Shown: positions 42,659-54,000, counted from the first letter of the stretch. The stretch is DNA of 64,000 bases from an uncultured virus (IMG/VR IMGVR_UViG_3300008448_000053) (IMGVR_UViG_3300008448_000053:1-64000), one strand, 5' to 3'. Translations and numbers: made by a program. Notes: generated from the letters alone by a model not told the origin.

Positions 42659-42898
42659 ATGGCTCTCACTAATGACGATAAGAAAGAAATACAGAAAATT
42701 GCACAAAAGGAGATGAAAGATTTTTTAGATTCGACAAATGCACATAATATCGTTATAAAAATAATACAAAAAGAGTTAGGAACTAAAAACATTGATGATA
42801 AAATCGTAGACCTCTCAACTAAAGTAGTTGTTGAGTTATTTAAAACCTTATGGCAGAGAAAGTCGTTTTGGGAAAGTTCTTTAAAATCTGTTAGATAA
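42659..42898 (+). CDS. Hypothetical protein
   Basis: 79-aa ORF, tightly coupled. Confidence 0.6.
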   Translation: MALTNDDKKEIQKIAQKEMKDFLDSTNAHNIVIKIIQKELGTKNIDDKIVDLSTKVVVELFKTLWQRKSFWESSLKSVR

Positions 42899-42899
42899 T

Positions 42900-43589
42900 A
42901 TGAAAAAAACTAATAAATTAAAAGGTGGGTTGTCAGATAAAATGTCTTTGACTGATATATCTAAAAAACATAAGGTATCCATAGAATACTTAAAAGATCA
43001 GTTAAAAAAAGGTCAAAAAGTTGAAAAAGAACACACTAAAGATTTATTAATGGCCAGAGAGATTGCTATGGATCATTTATCTGAAGATCCGAAATATTAC
43101 ACTAAATTAAAAAAGATCGAAACAAAAGAAATGATGGGCGCCGACGCGTCTGGTTCATTTGAGGCAGGTCTAAGTTCACCTATAATCAAAAGAAAAATAA
43201 GTACAATACCAAATTCAAAAGAATACGGTAAAAAAGGTGAATTTACAGAAGCATTGGACTCTTCTGTATCAGCAGGGGCAGCTTTTGATGTTCCATTATT
43301 TGGTAAAACCACCAAGGGTAGAAAGAATCCTTTAAGTATCGGTGGACCCGAAACAATAGGTAAAAGTAGGGCGGTTAAAGATAAAAACTTCCCAAAGTGG
43401 GGTGGACCAGGTGGAATCTTTATAAAAATAAAGGATAAATGTAAAAAATTCCCATATTGTAATCAGGGTGACATAAATGCATTGGAGGTTTTGAGGGAAT
43501 CAATAGATGATGTATCTAAAAAACACGGTATACCAGTGAAAGAATTGGAAAATATCGTATTAAATGAGATTAAGAAGATATTTATTTGA
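42900..43589 (+). CDS. Hypothetical protein with DUF5661-like domain
   Basis: GQKVEKEHT...AREIAMDHLSEDPKYYTKL. Confidence 0.6.
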   Translation: MKKTNKLKGGLSDKMSLTDISKKHKVSIEYLKDQLKKGQKVEKEHTKDLLMAREIAMDHLSEDPKYYTKLKKIETKEMMGADASGSFEAGLSSPIIKRKISTIPNSKEYGKKGEFTEALDSSVSAGAAFDVPLFGKTTKGRKNPLSIGGPETIGKSRAVKDKNFPKWGGPGGIFIKIKDKCKKFPYCNQGDINALEVLRESIDDVSKKHGIPVKELENIVLNEIKKIFI

Positions 43590-43590
43590 T

Positions 43591-45045
43591 ATGAAACCAA
43601 TTGATTTAAATAATCTTATTGAAAGTTCTTTATTTAACGAGGTTAAAAAAAGAATAATTAATGAATCTAAAGAAGGAAAACATGAGGTTTATGAAATAAC
43701 CTGTGAGGGTGAACCCGTACAAGTTTGTGGAAGTGAAGAAGAAGCGAATGAAATTGTTGATAAATTAAAAAAAGAACACCCAGGTAAACAATTTATTATT
43801 GAACCAGGTGAATATGATTCATATGATCATATGTTAGATGAATTGGATAAAATGGGTGAAGAATTACAAGAAAAAGAAAATCAAGATATGAAAAGTAAAC
43901 CAAAAGTAAAAAGTTTAGCTGAGGCTATTTTATTGGCTAAAACACAAAACAAAAGTAAATTAAAAATAAACGAAGAAGTGTACGACGTTGAGGAAATGTG
44001 GAAAAAAATGGAAGAAGAAGAAACTTGTGAAGAATGTAACATGGAAGAGGATTTGGATAATGAAACTGATGAAAATCCCGAAGACGGTAATTTACCTAAC
44101 GATACTGACTTATCTGAAATAGATCTAGCCATGGATGGTTTCGAAGACGAAAATACATCAGAACTAGATAAAGATCTTAGTGATATCCAAAGTAAAAAAG
44201 GAAAAATATCATTATTTTCTAAAATACGTGACATAAGTAAAAAAGTTGGAGATAGATTCAATGATAGTTTACGTGATTATGAACCCGATATGGCGAAATC
44301 TTTAGATTATATTGCGGAAGATGGTGAAAAAACAACTTGTTCTGAATGTGGTATCGGTGAATTAAATGAAGAAGGTCAATGTAACGAATGTGGTTCAATG
44401 AAAGAATCCACAAAGAAAAAATTACGTTTAAAAGAATCTGAATTAGTTTCTTTAATTAGTAATATGGTAACAGAAGCGGCTAAAGGTCAACCTGGTATTC
44501 CCGGCATTCCTGGTGTCACTGTAACTAAAAAAGCTCAATCAGGATCTAAAAAAGAAAATGAAGATTATGCTAAAGAACTTTCAACTAAATTGAAAAAATA
44601 TTTAAGTTTTGATGGAAACGATAATCCTGAATTTCCAAAACCAATAGGTAAAGGAGATAAAATGGCTTTTAGAAACACATCAGAAGATGAAAAAAAGATA
44701 GAAGATAAAAGAGGAGAAACCGCTAGCGATTTAACTTTTGATTATGAACCAACAGAAGGTTTTAAAGATAGAGTTAAAAAGGCTTTAGAAGGTGATAGTA
44801 CAATGGGTAATTCATCTGATGCCGGAAACGTCGTAAAAGATAAAACAGGAAGTAAAATTGTAGATAAGACAAAAAGAAAAAAAGAAAGTATTAAAAAGAA
44901 AAAAGATGTTAGTTGGGGACACAGTTGGGAAAATCCTGCAGATGTTCATTTTGTTAAAGAATCAACTAATAAATTATCTAACGTACTTGAAGAAGAACTT
45001 AAAAAAATAAATAAATTATATTCCTACAATAAAAAAACACAGTAA
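43591..45045 (+). CDS. Glu/Lys-rich protein, possible head-internal/scaffold-like protein
   Basis: TATTTAT at 43579 supports the ATG at 43591; many [ILV]xE motifs and CxEC repeats. Confidence 0.55.
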   Translation: MKPIDLNNLIESSLFNEVKKRIINESKEGKHEVYEITCEGEPVQVCGSEEEANEIVDKLKKEHPGKQFIIEPGEYDSYDHMLDELDKMGEELQEKENQDMKSKPKVKSLAEAILLAKTQNKSKLKINEEVYDVEEMWKKMEEEETCEECNMEEDLDNETDENPEDGNLPNDTDLSEIDLAMDGFEDENTSELDKDLSDIQSKKGKISLFSKIRDISKKVGDRFNDSLRDYEPDMAKSLDYIAEDGEKTTCSECGIGELNEEGQCNECGSMKESTKKKLRLKESELVSLISNMVTEAAKGQPGIPGIPGVTVTKKAQSGSKKENEDYAKELSTKLKKYLSFDGNDNPEFPKPIGKGDKMAFRNTSEDEKKIEDKRGETASDLTFDYEPTEGFKDRVKKALEGDSTMGNSSDAGNVVKDKTGSKIVDKTKRKKESIKKKKDVSWGHSWENPADVHFVKESTNKLSNVLEEELKKINKLYSYNKKTQ

Positions 45046-45093
45046 TTCTTTTTTTTATTTTTATTTATCACTATATTGTAACATATAGTGATT

Positions 45094-45549
45094 ATGAATA
45101 AAAAAGAAATTATTGATGGATTCAATCCGTTAGATAACTACAGATATCAAATAGAAATTTGGTATAGGGCCTACAATATAAGTCGTGAGAAAATGGAACT
45201 TTTTCACGACTTTCTTATCTCATTATATGAGATAATTGAAAATACTTATTTAGGTTCCGATGTACTTTCCACAACTGAAGATATTAAAGGTCACTTTAAC
45301 TGGTGTTGGGATAAAATTGTAGAGAACTTCAACAAGGAAAAAATATATTTTAAAAATAGAAGTAACTGTCACGAGTATTTCTGGAATTTTTTTTTAGAGG
45401 CATTTTATTTTAATAAAATAGAAAATAAAAAGATTAAAATTGACGAATATTTTGACAAACTTTTTGATATGGATTTTATAAAAAATAAATCCGAATTAGA
45501 TGTTGTCACAGAAATATATAGATTGTTAGATCAAAACTTGAAAAAATGA
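45094..45549 (+). CDS. Hypothetical protein
   Basis: ORF with typical codon usage. Confidence 0.6.
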   Translation: MNKKEIIDGFNPLDNYRYQIEIWYRAYNISREKMELFHDFLISLYEIIENTYLGSDVLSTTEDIKGHFNWCWDKIVENFNKEKIYFKNRSNCHEYFWNFFLEAFYFNKIENKKIKIDEYFDKLFDMDFIKNKSELDVVTEIYRLLDQNLKK

Positions 45550-45586
45550 ATTTTTTTCCTTATATTGATATTAAAAACAGGATATT

Positions 45587-45784
45587 ATGGAAACATTAAA
45601 AGCCATAAAAGATTTAGTTGAGAAAATGTCTGTTGATACAAACAAGGTATTTTTAAAAGGAAATCATAGTGCGTCAATAAGAGCCAGAAAATATGCACAA
45701 GAAATAAAAGATTTAACAAAAGTATTTAGAAAAGAAATACTTGAAGAAATTAAAAAACATAAAAAAGATGATGTCGGAAATTAA
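45587..45784 (+). CDS. Histone H1-like (Hc1-family) small DNA-binding protein
   Basis: KGNHSASIRARKYAQEIK...RKEI resembles the KGNK.AG.RARK motif of Bacteroidota Hc1-like proteins. Confidence 0.65.
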   Translation: METLKAIKDLVEKMSVDTNKVFLKGNHSASIRARKYAQEIKDLTKVFRKEILEEIKKHKKDDVGN

Positions 45785-45947
45785 AATATTTTTATTCATT
45801 TTGAGTATAATATATACATCAAGATTTGTTATAGAATTTATCTTTAAATTATTTGAAGAGAATCCTTCTGTTTTGGTGATATCAAAAAATAATCAAATTT
45901 TTTTATATTTTGCCATTTCCTATATTATAACTTATTTCTTTATTTAA
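45768..45947 (+). CDS. Small two-TM membrane protein
   Basis: Two hydrophobic segments. Confidence 0.5.
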   Translation: MMSEIKIFLFILSIIYTSRFVIEFIFKLFEENPSVLVISKNNQIFLYFAISYIITYFFI

Positions 45948-45953
45948 GAACAT

Positions 45954-46409
45954 ATGTACGAAATTATAAAATCACTTAAACCTTATTTTTTCTCATTAAG
46001 AGAAGTTGATAACAGTGTTAGTTTAGATATTAAACTACCAACATCTTGGAAATATGAACATATAATTGCACCATATAGGTCAATTAAATTTAAAGTACAA
46101 GATAAGAATGATAAGTTTAATCTCATTTCGATATTTTCAGTTGCAACACAAGAAGGTTACGATATTGTTATTGGATGTGCCAATGAAATTATTTTAGTTA
46201 ATAAAGAAGAGGAAGAAAAAAGAAAATTATTTGAAGAGAAAGTTAATGAATTGAAAATTTTATTTCAAAATCAGTCATTGGATAAATTAAAAGATATTAA
46301 ATTAATTGACGAAAATGGACAAGAGGATACAACAGGGATTGGAATGGTTGAAGAAGGAGATAGAGAAGGACAATATGGAGATAGCGAAACACAAGGAGAA
46401 GATGATTGA
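45954..46409 (+). CDS. Hypothetical protein
   Basis: 151-aa ORF. Confidence 0.6.
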   Translation: MYEIIKSLKPYFFSLREVDNSVSLDIKLPTSWKYEHIIAPYRSIKFKVQDKNDKFNLISIFSVATQEGYDIVIGCANEIILVNKEEEEKRKLFEEKVNELKILFQNQSLDKLKDIKLIDENGQEDTTGIGMVEEGDREGQYGDSETQGEDD

Positions 46410-46518
46410 TGAGGTTAAAAATCTCGATAAAACAAAAATGTTTCAACCTAAACCAAAAGAAAAATATTTATTTTTTAAAAAAATAGTTAGAATATTGGGA
46501 TATGGAAAAAAAAGGTGA
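46315..46518 (+). CDS. Hypothetical protein
   Basis: MDKRIQQGLEWLKKEIEKD; overlaps the upstream gene. Confidence 0.5.
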   Translation: MDKRIQQGLEWLKKEIEKDNMEIAKHKEKMIDEVKNLDKTKMFQPKPKEKYLFFKKIVRILGYGKKR

Positions 46519-46735
46519 TTTTTTAAATCAATTGGCAATAATATCTGACTTACTTGAAAAAGTTAATGCTAACACAGATTCTTCAACAATAGTATTTGGT
46601 ATATCTAAGGAAGAATTCGAAAGAATATTCGATTTAGTACAAAAAAAATATAATAAGAAAATGGATAAACCAAAAGATACTTTTAAAATAAGTATAGGTA
46701 CGATTGATATTATTTTTAATATGAATAATGTCTAA
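46502..46735 (+). CDS. Hypothetical protein
   Basis: 77-aa ORF. Confidence 0.55.
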   Translation: MEKKGDFLNQLAIISDLLEKVNANTDSSTIVFGISKEEFERIFDLVQKKYNKKMDKPKDTFKISIGTIDIIFNMNNV

Positions 46736-47354
46736 ACAATTCACTACGTTTATATCCTTTAGATTCCAATAAATTATACAACAATTTTCTCTGATGTGTT
46801 GACACATCTTTTACAAAAATAAAATTACCTATCTTTCTTTTTAATATATCTTCTTTTATTATTTCAAATAATCTTTCGGAATCAGATATATTTTTGTTAC
46901 CAAACATCATAACATCATTTTCTATCTGAACAAATACTTTGTTGTTTAAAGTGAAGATCTGGGCAATATCTTTTATTGGTGTGATTTGATCCATCATTTG
47001 ATGATATCTTATTCTTTTTTTCTTTTGAAAATCATAAATCAATTCTTCTTCCCAATACGGGATCATTTCTTTTATTCTAAATTTATCGTTTTCAATTTTT
47101 GCCTCAACATTTCTACCCAAACTATCTTTAACATATGTTTTTGTTGCCCATCTATTATTTGGGAAGATTAGTGCCAATTCATAAGTTAATTCTAATTTTC
47201 GTTTATTACCGCGTAGCTTTATAAATGGAGGTTTTTTCTGAGTTCTAAATTCCCTCCAGTATTCATATATTGTTGTTCTTTTCATACAACGATAAAGTAT
47301 TTTAACTCTTTTTTTGTTACAAAAAAGAACTATGAAATATTTACCATTTTTCAT
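46716..47354 (-). CDS. Hypothetical basic protein
   Basis: Minus-strand ORF; ATG (MKNGKY) overlaps the stop of the upstream small gene; local strand skew flips here. Confidence 0.7.
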   Translation of the reverse strand: MKNGKYFIVLFCNKKRVKILYRCMKRTTIYEYWREFRTQKKPPFIKLRGNKRKLELTYELALIFPNNRWATKTYVKDSLGRNVEAKIENDKFRIKEMIPYWEEELIYDFQKKKRIRYHQMMDQITPIKDIAQIFTLNNKVFVQIENDVMMFGNKNISDSERLFEIIKEDILKRKIGNFIFVKDVSTHQRKLLYNLLESKGYKRSELFRHYSY

Positions 47355-47503
47355 AAAAGTTTTGAAATTAAAGAAACCAGACCATAAATTGCGAGTCCTG
47401 TCCAAACAACCATAAAGACAATTACCCAATTTTCCACAAATCTAATTTCCTTTTCTTTCTTTATTCTTTCTTCTTTTTTCTTTTTACATTCGTTACATGC
47501 CAT
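47351..47503 (-). CDS. Small protein with CxxC, basic stretch and C-terminal TM
   Basis: MACNECKKKK...WVIVFMVVWTGLAIYGL; TACTTAT variant motif upstream on the minus strand. Confidence 0.55.
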   Translation of the reverse strand: MACNECKKKKEERIKKEKEIRFVENWVIVFMVVWTGLAIYGLVSLISKLL

Positions 47504-47598
47504 ACTATAATATAAGTATTTTTCTACAATTTTCAAAACGATTTCGTTTTTTAATTTTTTTTATCTATTTTTAATTCTAAACAAGTTAAAAACATAAT

Positions 47599-48441
47599 AT
47601 GATTTCATACATTGGAGGAAAAGCTAGAATAGGGAAATGGATAGTACCTTTTATACCTAAAGACATAGAAACATACGTAGAGGGTTTTTCAGGTATGTTT
47701 TGGGTCTTTTATAATATGGATCTAAAAGATTACCCTAACCTTAAAACGGTAGTATATAACGATTTTAATAGATTAAATACCAATTTATTTAATTGTACCA
47801 AAGAATACGATAGACTTTGGGAAGAATTATCCAAATACCCCTGTCAACAGTTGGGTGTGGTGGACACACCACCGGAATATTCACAAATGTTTAGTGAATA
47901 TCAGAGAGAGGTTTTTAGTCCTGATCTGGTGATAACAGAAGAAAATAAATTTGAAATTGCATGTAAATATGTGTATGTTCTAACCCAAGTTTTTTCCGGA
48001 TCTAAACCCGAGACATCATCTTATACCGATTACAAGGGAAAATATCGTTGTAAAGTATTGATATTCATGGACAAACTAAAAAATCCAAAATATAGGGAAC
48101 ATATTGATAAAATAACTTTTGTGGAAAACAAGGACTTTGAAGATGTTGTTAAAAAATATGATTCACCCACAACATATTTTTATATGGACCCTCCCTATTG
48201 GAAAACAGAGAACTATTATTCAAACCATGATTTTGATAGAAACGACCACGAAAGATTGGCAAATAGTCTAAAAACAATAAAAGGTAAATTTTCTTTATCT
48301 TATTATGAATTTGAATTGTTACACATATGGTTCCCCCAAACACAATATAAATGGGAAAGTAAAAATTTCAAAAAAGCGGCAGCAGCTAAAAAAGATGGTA
48401 CACAAAACGAAGGTACTGAATTATTAATAATGAACTATTAA
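47599..48441 (+). CDS. DNA adenine methyltransferase (Dam/D12 family)
   Basis: YIGGK, YVEGFSG, YND and YMDPPY motifs. Confidence 0.9.
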   Translation: MISYIGGKARIGKWIVPFIPKDIETYVEGFSGMFWVFYNMDLKDYPNLKTVVYNDFNRLNTNLFNCTKEYDRLWEELSKYPCQQLGVVDTPPEYSQMFSEYQREVFSPDLVITEENKFEIACKYVYVLTQVFSGSKPETSSYTDYKGKYRCKVLIFMDKLKNPKYREHIDKITFVENKDFEDVVKKYDSPTTYFYMDPPYWKTENYYSNHDFDRNDHERLANSLKTIKGKFSLSYYEFELLHIWFPQTQYKWESKNFKKAAAAKKDGTQNEGTELLIMNY

Positions 48442-48458
48442 CTAAATATTTATATAGT

Positions 48459-48986
48459 ATGAACACATTTTGGTATGTAATTAAAGTTTTACCTGGTAAA
48501 GAGAGACAATTAAACGAACAGTATAACATGCAGATTTCTTTGGGTAATATAAAGAACATTAAAAGATTTATTTGCCCCACTGAAACCGAATTTGTTATGG
48601 TTAAAGAGAAAAAAGTTTTGAGGGAAAAAGTGATATATGGTGGGTATCTTTATTTTGAAGCCAATAAAGAAATGAATGAAGATGAATTAAAAGAAATATC
48701 ATCAATACCAAATATAATGGGTATGATGGGAGATAAAAAACCTTTATTATTGAGAAAGAGTGACGTTGAAAAAATCATTAAAGATGATCTTCTTGAAGAA
48801 CATAAAAACAATAAAAAAATGTCCGTGAATATTGGATCGAGTGTTACAATTTGTGATGGTCCATTCAGTGGATTTATCGGTACAGTATCTTCGGTAGAAA
48901 ATGATAAAGTAGATGTTGACGTTAAGATTTTTGGTAGAACGACACCGGTAACACTATCAGTAAATCAAATAAAAAATCAAAACTAA
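48459..48986 (+). CDS. nusG: Transcription termination/antitermination factor NusG
   Basis: NGN domain (WYVIKVLPGKE, GYLYFE) plus KOW domain (DGPFSGFIG, IFGRTTPV). Confidence 0.9.
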   Translation: MNTFWYVIKVLPGKERQLNEQYNMQISLGNIKNIKRFICPTETEFVMVKEKKVLREKVIYGGYLYFEANKEMNEDELKEISSIPNIMGMMGDKKPLLLRKSDVEKIIKDDLLEEHKNNKKMSVNIGSSVTICDGPFSGFIGTVSSVENDKVDVDVKIFGRTTPVTLSVNQIKNQN

Positions 48987-49285
48987 TGTCACCTGAAGTT
49001 TTAATATATGTTCAAAATGTTAGAAACTATCTAAATAAAGATTTGGATGCGAGAAACTATTTTTTAAATGAGATAGATGAGGAAATGTTTTTTAAATATC
49101 TAACTGAGATATCACAAAAAAATTTTGAAAAAGATGGTGAACCTATATTAACAAAAGATCAGTTTGAGTTAATAAGAAAAACATTACAATTAGTTGATAT
49201 CACCAAAAAAGAATTTAAGGAAGAGACTATAGAAGATAAGTTATTTATGGATGTCGGTACTTTTGGTAAAATATGTTTGAACTAA
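48986..49285 (+). CDS. Hypothetical protein
   Basis: 99-aa ORF coupled to nusG. Confidence 0.6.
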   Translation: MSPEVLIYVQNVRNYLNKDLDARNYFLNEIDEEMFFKYLTEISQKNFEKDGEPILTKDQFELIRKTLQLVDITKKEFKEETIEDKLFMDVGTFGKICLN

Positions 49286-49309
49286 TTTTTTTTTATTCAT
49301 TAATTTTAT

Positions 49310-49317
49310 TACATTTG
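49310..49317 (+). promoter_or_regulatory. Bacteroidota-type -7 element TACATTTG
   Basis: Matches TAnnTTTG, preceded by a T tract, just upstream of the AAA ATPase. Confidence 0.45.
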
Positions 49318-49321
49318 TAGT

Positions 49322-50395
49322 ATGTCAAAATTATCCAAATATTATCCCTTATACGATACTGTATATGGTAATGATTTCCCATTAGAACAAGTTTTTATAA
49401 CGTTATTTGACGTTATACCCTCAAAGTACTCTAACTATTCTAAAGTATATGATATTTCACTTAAAAATTATTTAATCGAAAATGGTTTTCTTGTTGAAAC
49501 AAGAAATCAAACATTTGGAAAATCAAATAGAACGGTGATGTCGTTTATTTTCATCAACAAAAAAAACGGTATCATTTTAAAAATGATAAACGAAACAAAT
49601 AATGCTGACGAATATTACCAATTAGAAATATTATATGACTTTAGAAATGGCGAGATAGATCAACAACTTAATTTCGATAAATTAAAAGAATTTGAAAGAA
49701 TTAAGAAGAAGAAAAATATTTCTTTAATCAAAAGTGAGATGGGTCATTTGGATTTGGAGGAATATGATTTACCAACAACCGAAATCGATCTCGAATTAAA
49801 TTATGGTGGTAAATTTGCAAAGATACATGATGTAATTGTTGAAAGATTAAATAAAGAAATGGATAAAGGTATAATCCTTTTACATGGAGATCCTGGCACA
49901 GGTAAAACATCTTATTTAAAATTTCTAACTAAATTAATAAAAGAAAAGGAAATTTTATTTATCCCTCCGTCAATGGCGGAAGTTCTATCTGAACCATCAA
50001 TAATTCCATTTTTGATGGAACATAAAAACTCAATATTAGTAATTGAAGACGCTGAACGTGTAATTTCAGATAGGGAAGGTAATGGTTCACCTGCAGGAGT
50101 ATCGAACATATTAAATTTAACAGATGGTATTTTGGGTGATTGTTTAGGTATTCAAATAATTGCCACATTTAATATGAAAAGAGAAAAAATCGACCCCGCT
50201 CTTTTGCGTAAAGGTAGATTGATTGCGGAACACAAATTTGGGTCCCTAAATTCCGAAGAAACGAATAAACTATTAAAAAAATTAGGAAAAAATGTGGAAG
50301 TAAATGAAGGAATGGTATTAGCAGATATATATAATATTGATGTTGAAACTTTTAAAACACAAAAAGAAAATAAAATAGGATTTAATAGAAATTAA
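49322..50395 (+). CDS. AAA+ ATPase
   Basis: GDPGTGKT, LVIEDAE, LNLTDG and DPALLRKGR. Confidence 0.9.
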   Translation: MSKLSKYYPLYDTVYGNDFPLEQVFITLFDVIPSKYSNYSKVYDISLKNYLIENGFLVETRNQTFGKSNRTVMSFIFINKKNGIILKMINETNNADEYYQLEILYDFRNGEIDQQLNFDKLKEFERIKKKKNISLIKSEMGHLDLEEYDLPTTEIDLELNYGGKFAKIHDVIVERLNKEMDKGIILLHGDPGTGKTSYLKFLTKLIKEKEILFIPPSMAEVLSEPSIIPFLMEHKNSILVIEDAERVISDREGNGSPAGVSNILNLTDGILGDCLGIQIIATFNMKREKIDPALLRKGRLIAEHKFGSLNSEETNKLLKKLGKNVEVNEGMVLADIYNIDVETFKTQKENKIGFNRN

Positions 50396-50397
50396 TT

Positions 50398-50706
50398 ATG
50401 GAAAATGTAAGTTCAAGCGTAGTTAAACAACTACAATCAGAAGGTAATAAATTATTGGTTAGTTATTCGGCTTCTTGGTGTGGACCTTGCAGGATGTTAA
50501 CACCTAGATTAGATGAATTATCAAAACAATATCCCGAGTTTAAATTTTTAAAGGTTGATGTTGACCAAAATAGAGATTCTACAGTTGAGTTAGGAATAAC
50601 TTCTGTACCTACGATTATGATATATGACGGATCAAATCTAATAGATAGATCAAATGGGGCTAGACCTGATTCATATTATAAAGAATTTCTTGATAAAATA
50701 AAATAA
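50398..50706 (+). CDS. Thioredoxin
   Basis: WCGPC active site and SVPT. Confidence 0.9.
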   Translation: MENVSSSVVKQLQSEGNKLLVSYSASWCGPCRMLTPRLDELSKQYPEFKFLKVDVDQNRDSTVELGITSVPTIMIYDGSNLIDRSNGARPDSYYKEFLDKIK

Positions 50707-50975
50707 TGGATAAAATAGTTATTTTTACTCTTGATGGGTGCTACCATTGTTCAAGTCTTAAAAAAAGACTTGATGAAATTAATATATCATATAAGGAGGT
50801 TGAGGTAACACAAAATAAAGAAGTTTGGGATGAAATTGTTAAACTAACAAATTATGATTTTTTACCTACAATTTTAGTGTCTCCTGATAATTCTGAAACA
50901 GGACATATATATGTACCATCAATAAATTATAAAACAGAAGATGAAATTGTTGAAATAATAAAAAATTATTTCTAA
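50706..50975 (+). CDS. Glutaredoxin-like protein
   Basis: CYHC active site and LPTI. Confidence 0.8.
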   Translation: MDKIVIFTLDGCYHCSSLKKRLDEINISYKEVEVTQNKEVWDEIVKLTNYDFLPTILVSPDNSETGHIYVPSINYKTEDEIVEIIKNYF

Positions 50976-50978
50976 AAT

Positions 50979-51008
50979 AAAAAAAAGGAGGTTTAACCTC
51001 CTTTTTTT
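50979..51008. terminator. Bidirectional-type intrinsic terminator
   Basis: A run, GGAGG-TTTAA-CCTCC, T run. Confidence 0.8.
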
Positions 51009-51056
51009 ATTAATTAAACCATATAAAAGTATTTATATAAAGACTTTACTTTTAAT

Positions 51057-54000
51057 ATGGGATTACAAAAGATAAATTGGTCACAAATTGACTCCATAAC
51101 CGTACCTTCGGGGTACACGGTTCAAATAGGTAAAATTGATGGACCTATAGATGCAATATATTCTGAGAATATATATTTGTCAGGTACACCAATAAGTGAT
51201 TTGTATCTTAATAGTGGATCATTTAGTCAAGGTGTCTTAACACTAACTAGCAATAGTGGTAACACGATAACTGTTAGTGGTTTTGAATACGATTTTGATC
51301 GTTATACCACAGGATTTACATATAGTGACAATACTTTTACAATAGTCGACAGGTCGGGATACACATTAACCGCATCTTTTAACATACTAACAGGATTAAC
51401 AATTAATGGTGATTTAGATCTTAATGGTGATTTAAATATAACGGGTAACACCACATTAAATGGCGGGTTTATTGCAACGACAATAAGTGCGACTACTTAT
51501 CAAAATCTTCCAATAGACCCAAATATTTTTGTTACGGGAGTCACCTATGGAAATAATACACTTACAATTAATGATAATAACAATTCTTCGTTTGTTATTA
51601 CAATAAACGATTTAACAGGATTGACCATTAATGGTGATTTAAGTGTTAGTGGAGACACAAATCTCAATACTTTATTTTCTAATATAATATCGGCAACAAC
51701 GATAAGTGGTGGAACATTATATGGTGACGGATCTAACTTAACAAATATAGATAATATATATACTGTCGATGGTTATCTATTGTCAAATAGGATTGTTGAT
51801 TTAAGTGGAAATACGTTATCGTTAAGAAGAACTTCTAATATTAATGATAGATTTTTAAATGGATTAGACGAGTCGGGAAATATATTATTTGAAATAAGAT
51901 CATCTATAACTAATCCCGCGGAATTAGAATTTGCAAATTTATTTATCGGTAAAAATGCTGGTAGAATTTCAACATCTAACGTTAGAACTAACTTAGTTGT
52001 TGGTAACACCTCAATGACGGGAATCACTAGTGGTGTTAAAAATACAGTTTTTGGTAATAATTCTTTAACAAAACTCATTAGAGGTAGTTTTAATAGTATA
52101 ATTGGTGATACTGTTGCAATTAATTTTACTGGTGCAACAACAGGGACGTTTGGTGATGACAATGTTTTTATAGGAAATGGTTCAGCATTGAATCAACTTA
52201 CAGGTAGAAACAACGTATATATCGGAACCAACACAAGACAAAATGCGACTTCTGGAGATGGTAACACAATTGTCGGAAAAAATGCTGGTTTTAATAATAT
52301 AACTGGTAGTAATAATGTTTTTATTGGTCTTAATGCGGGTAGAAACGAAACGGGATCAAATTTACTTTACATTGAAAATACCACTTCATCAACACCATTG
52401 ATATATGGTGATTTCGCAAATGATTTGTTGAGATTTAATGGTAAAGTGGGCGTTAATGTTTTACCCGGCACATTTCAATTTGATGTTAATGGTACAAGTA
52501 GATTTTCAAATACTGTTCAATTAGATACGGTTAATTTAAGTACATCTGACACAAAAATATTAAGTTTAAGTACTGGTAACACCATTCAATATAGATCATT
52601 ATCGGATATTATATCTTCTGTGACAGGTGACACATATGTGACTGGATTCACATATAACAATTCAAATAAATTTACAATATTTGATAATTCAGGATCTACG
52701 TTTAGTGTACTTATTAATGAACTAACAGGATTAACTATTAACGGTGATTTAAGTGTTAGTGGAAACACTAATTTAAATTACTTAGAGGTAAATACAATAT
52801 CCGCAACAACTATAAGTGGTCAAACATTTTATGGTGACGGAAGAAATTTACAAGGTATCCCAAAATGGTATGCCGAAAGTGATGTTATACCTACAGTTTA
52901 TCCATACGAGAAACCATATGTCATTACTGGTAGTACTGGTCAAGGTTCATTTGCATTAGGACCTAATGCCCAGTCTTTAAGTTTTGACCAAATTTCGTTT
53001 GGTGATTTTGCGGGTAGAGAAACAACAGGTGCAAGTAGATCAACATTTATAGGGTATGGATCAGGTATTAGGGCTAATGATAGTGATCTAAGTAATTTTA
53101 TTGGACAAAGTGCCGGTTCAGATTCAAAAAATTCAAACAATTCAAATTTTATTGGTATTGGTGCGGGACAAAATTCAAAAAACGCAGGATTTTCAAATTT
53201 TATAGGGTATAATGCGGGATATAATATCAACGGTGAAACAATTGTTGGATTTGATAGACAAATCAGAGGTTTTGATTCAAATTTTATAGGTAATTTAGCG
53301 GGTAGTGGTGCATTGTATGCGTCAGGTTCAACTTTTATAGGTACTAACGCGGGTTCAAATGCTAATTACGCTAGATTTTCAAATTTTATTGGTTATTTGG
53401 CAGGTAAAGATTCAACCAACGCATCGTATTCAACATTAATAGGTTTTAATGTAGGAACACCTAGATTTGGGTTTAGTAAAATAGGAAAAAATAATATCAT
53501 TATTGGTAATTCTATCACATTACCAAATGGAACCACGGATTCTATTAATATTGGTGGTGTATTATTTGGTATCAATACTAATTTTGATACTTCTGGTGGA
53601 AGTCCTAGTGATTCACCTACAACAACAGGAAAAATAGGTATAGGTGTCGTAACACCTTTAAACAGATTACATGTTGAAGATACAATCGATCCTGTTAGAT
53701 TCGTTGGATTACAAAGTGGAACAACGGAAACCAGAATATTAACATCCGACAATAATGGTATTATAAAATATAAAAATTTAAGTGATATAACAATATCAGG
53801 AAACTACTTACCATTAAGTGGTGGAACGGTTACTGACGACGTATTATTCCAAAGTGGAATCACCGCAACAACTATAAGTGGTCAAACATTTTATGGTGTC
53901 GGTTCTAATAAACAAGTAATATACAATAATAATGGTATATTATCGGGCAGTACAGGATTCACATATGACGGTACCAATGTTGGTATTGGTACGGAATCCC

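Noticed and set aside
37511..50975. Bacterial chromosome origin suggested by clpP, sigma, nusG and thioredoxin
   Set aside because: They lack their usual chromosomal neighbours (tig/clpX, secE/rplK) and are interspersed with phage structural and replication genes.
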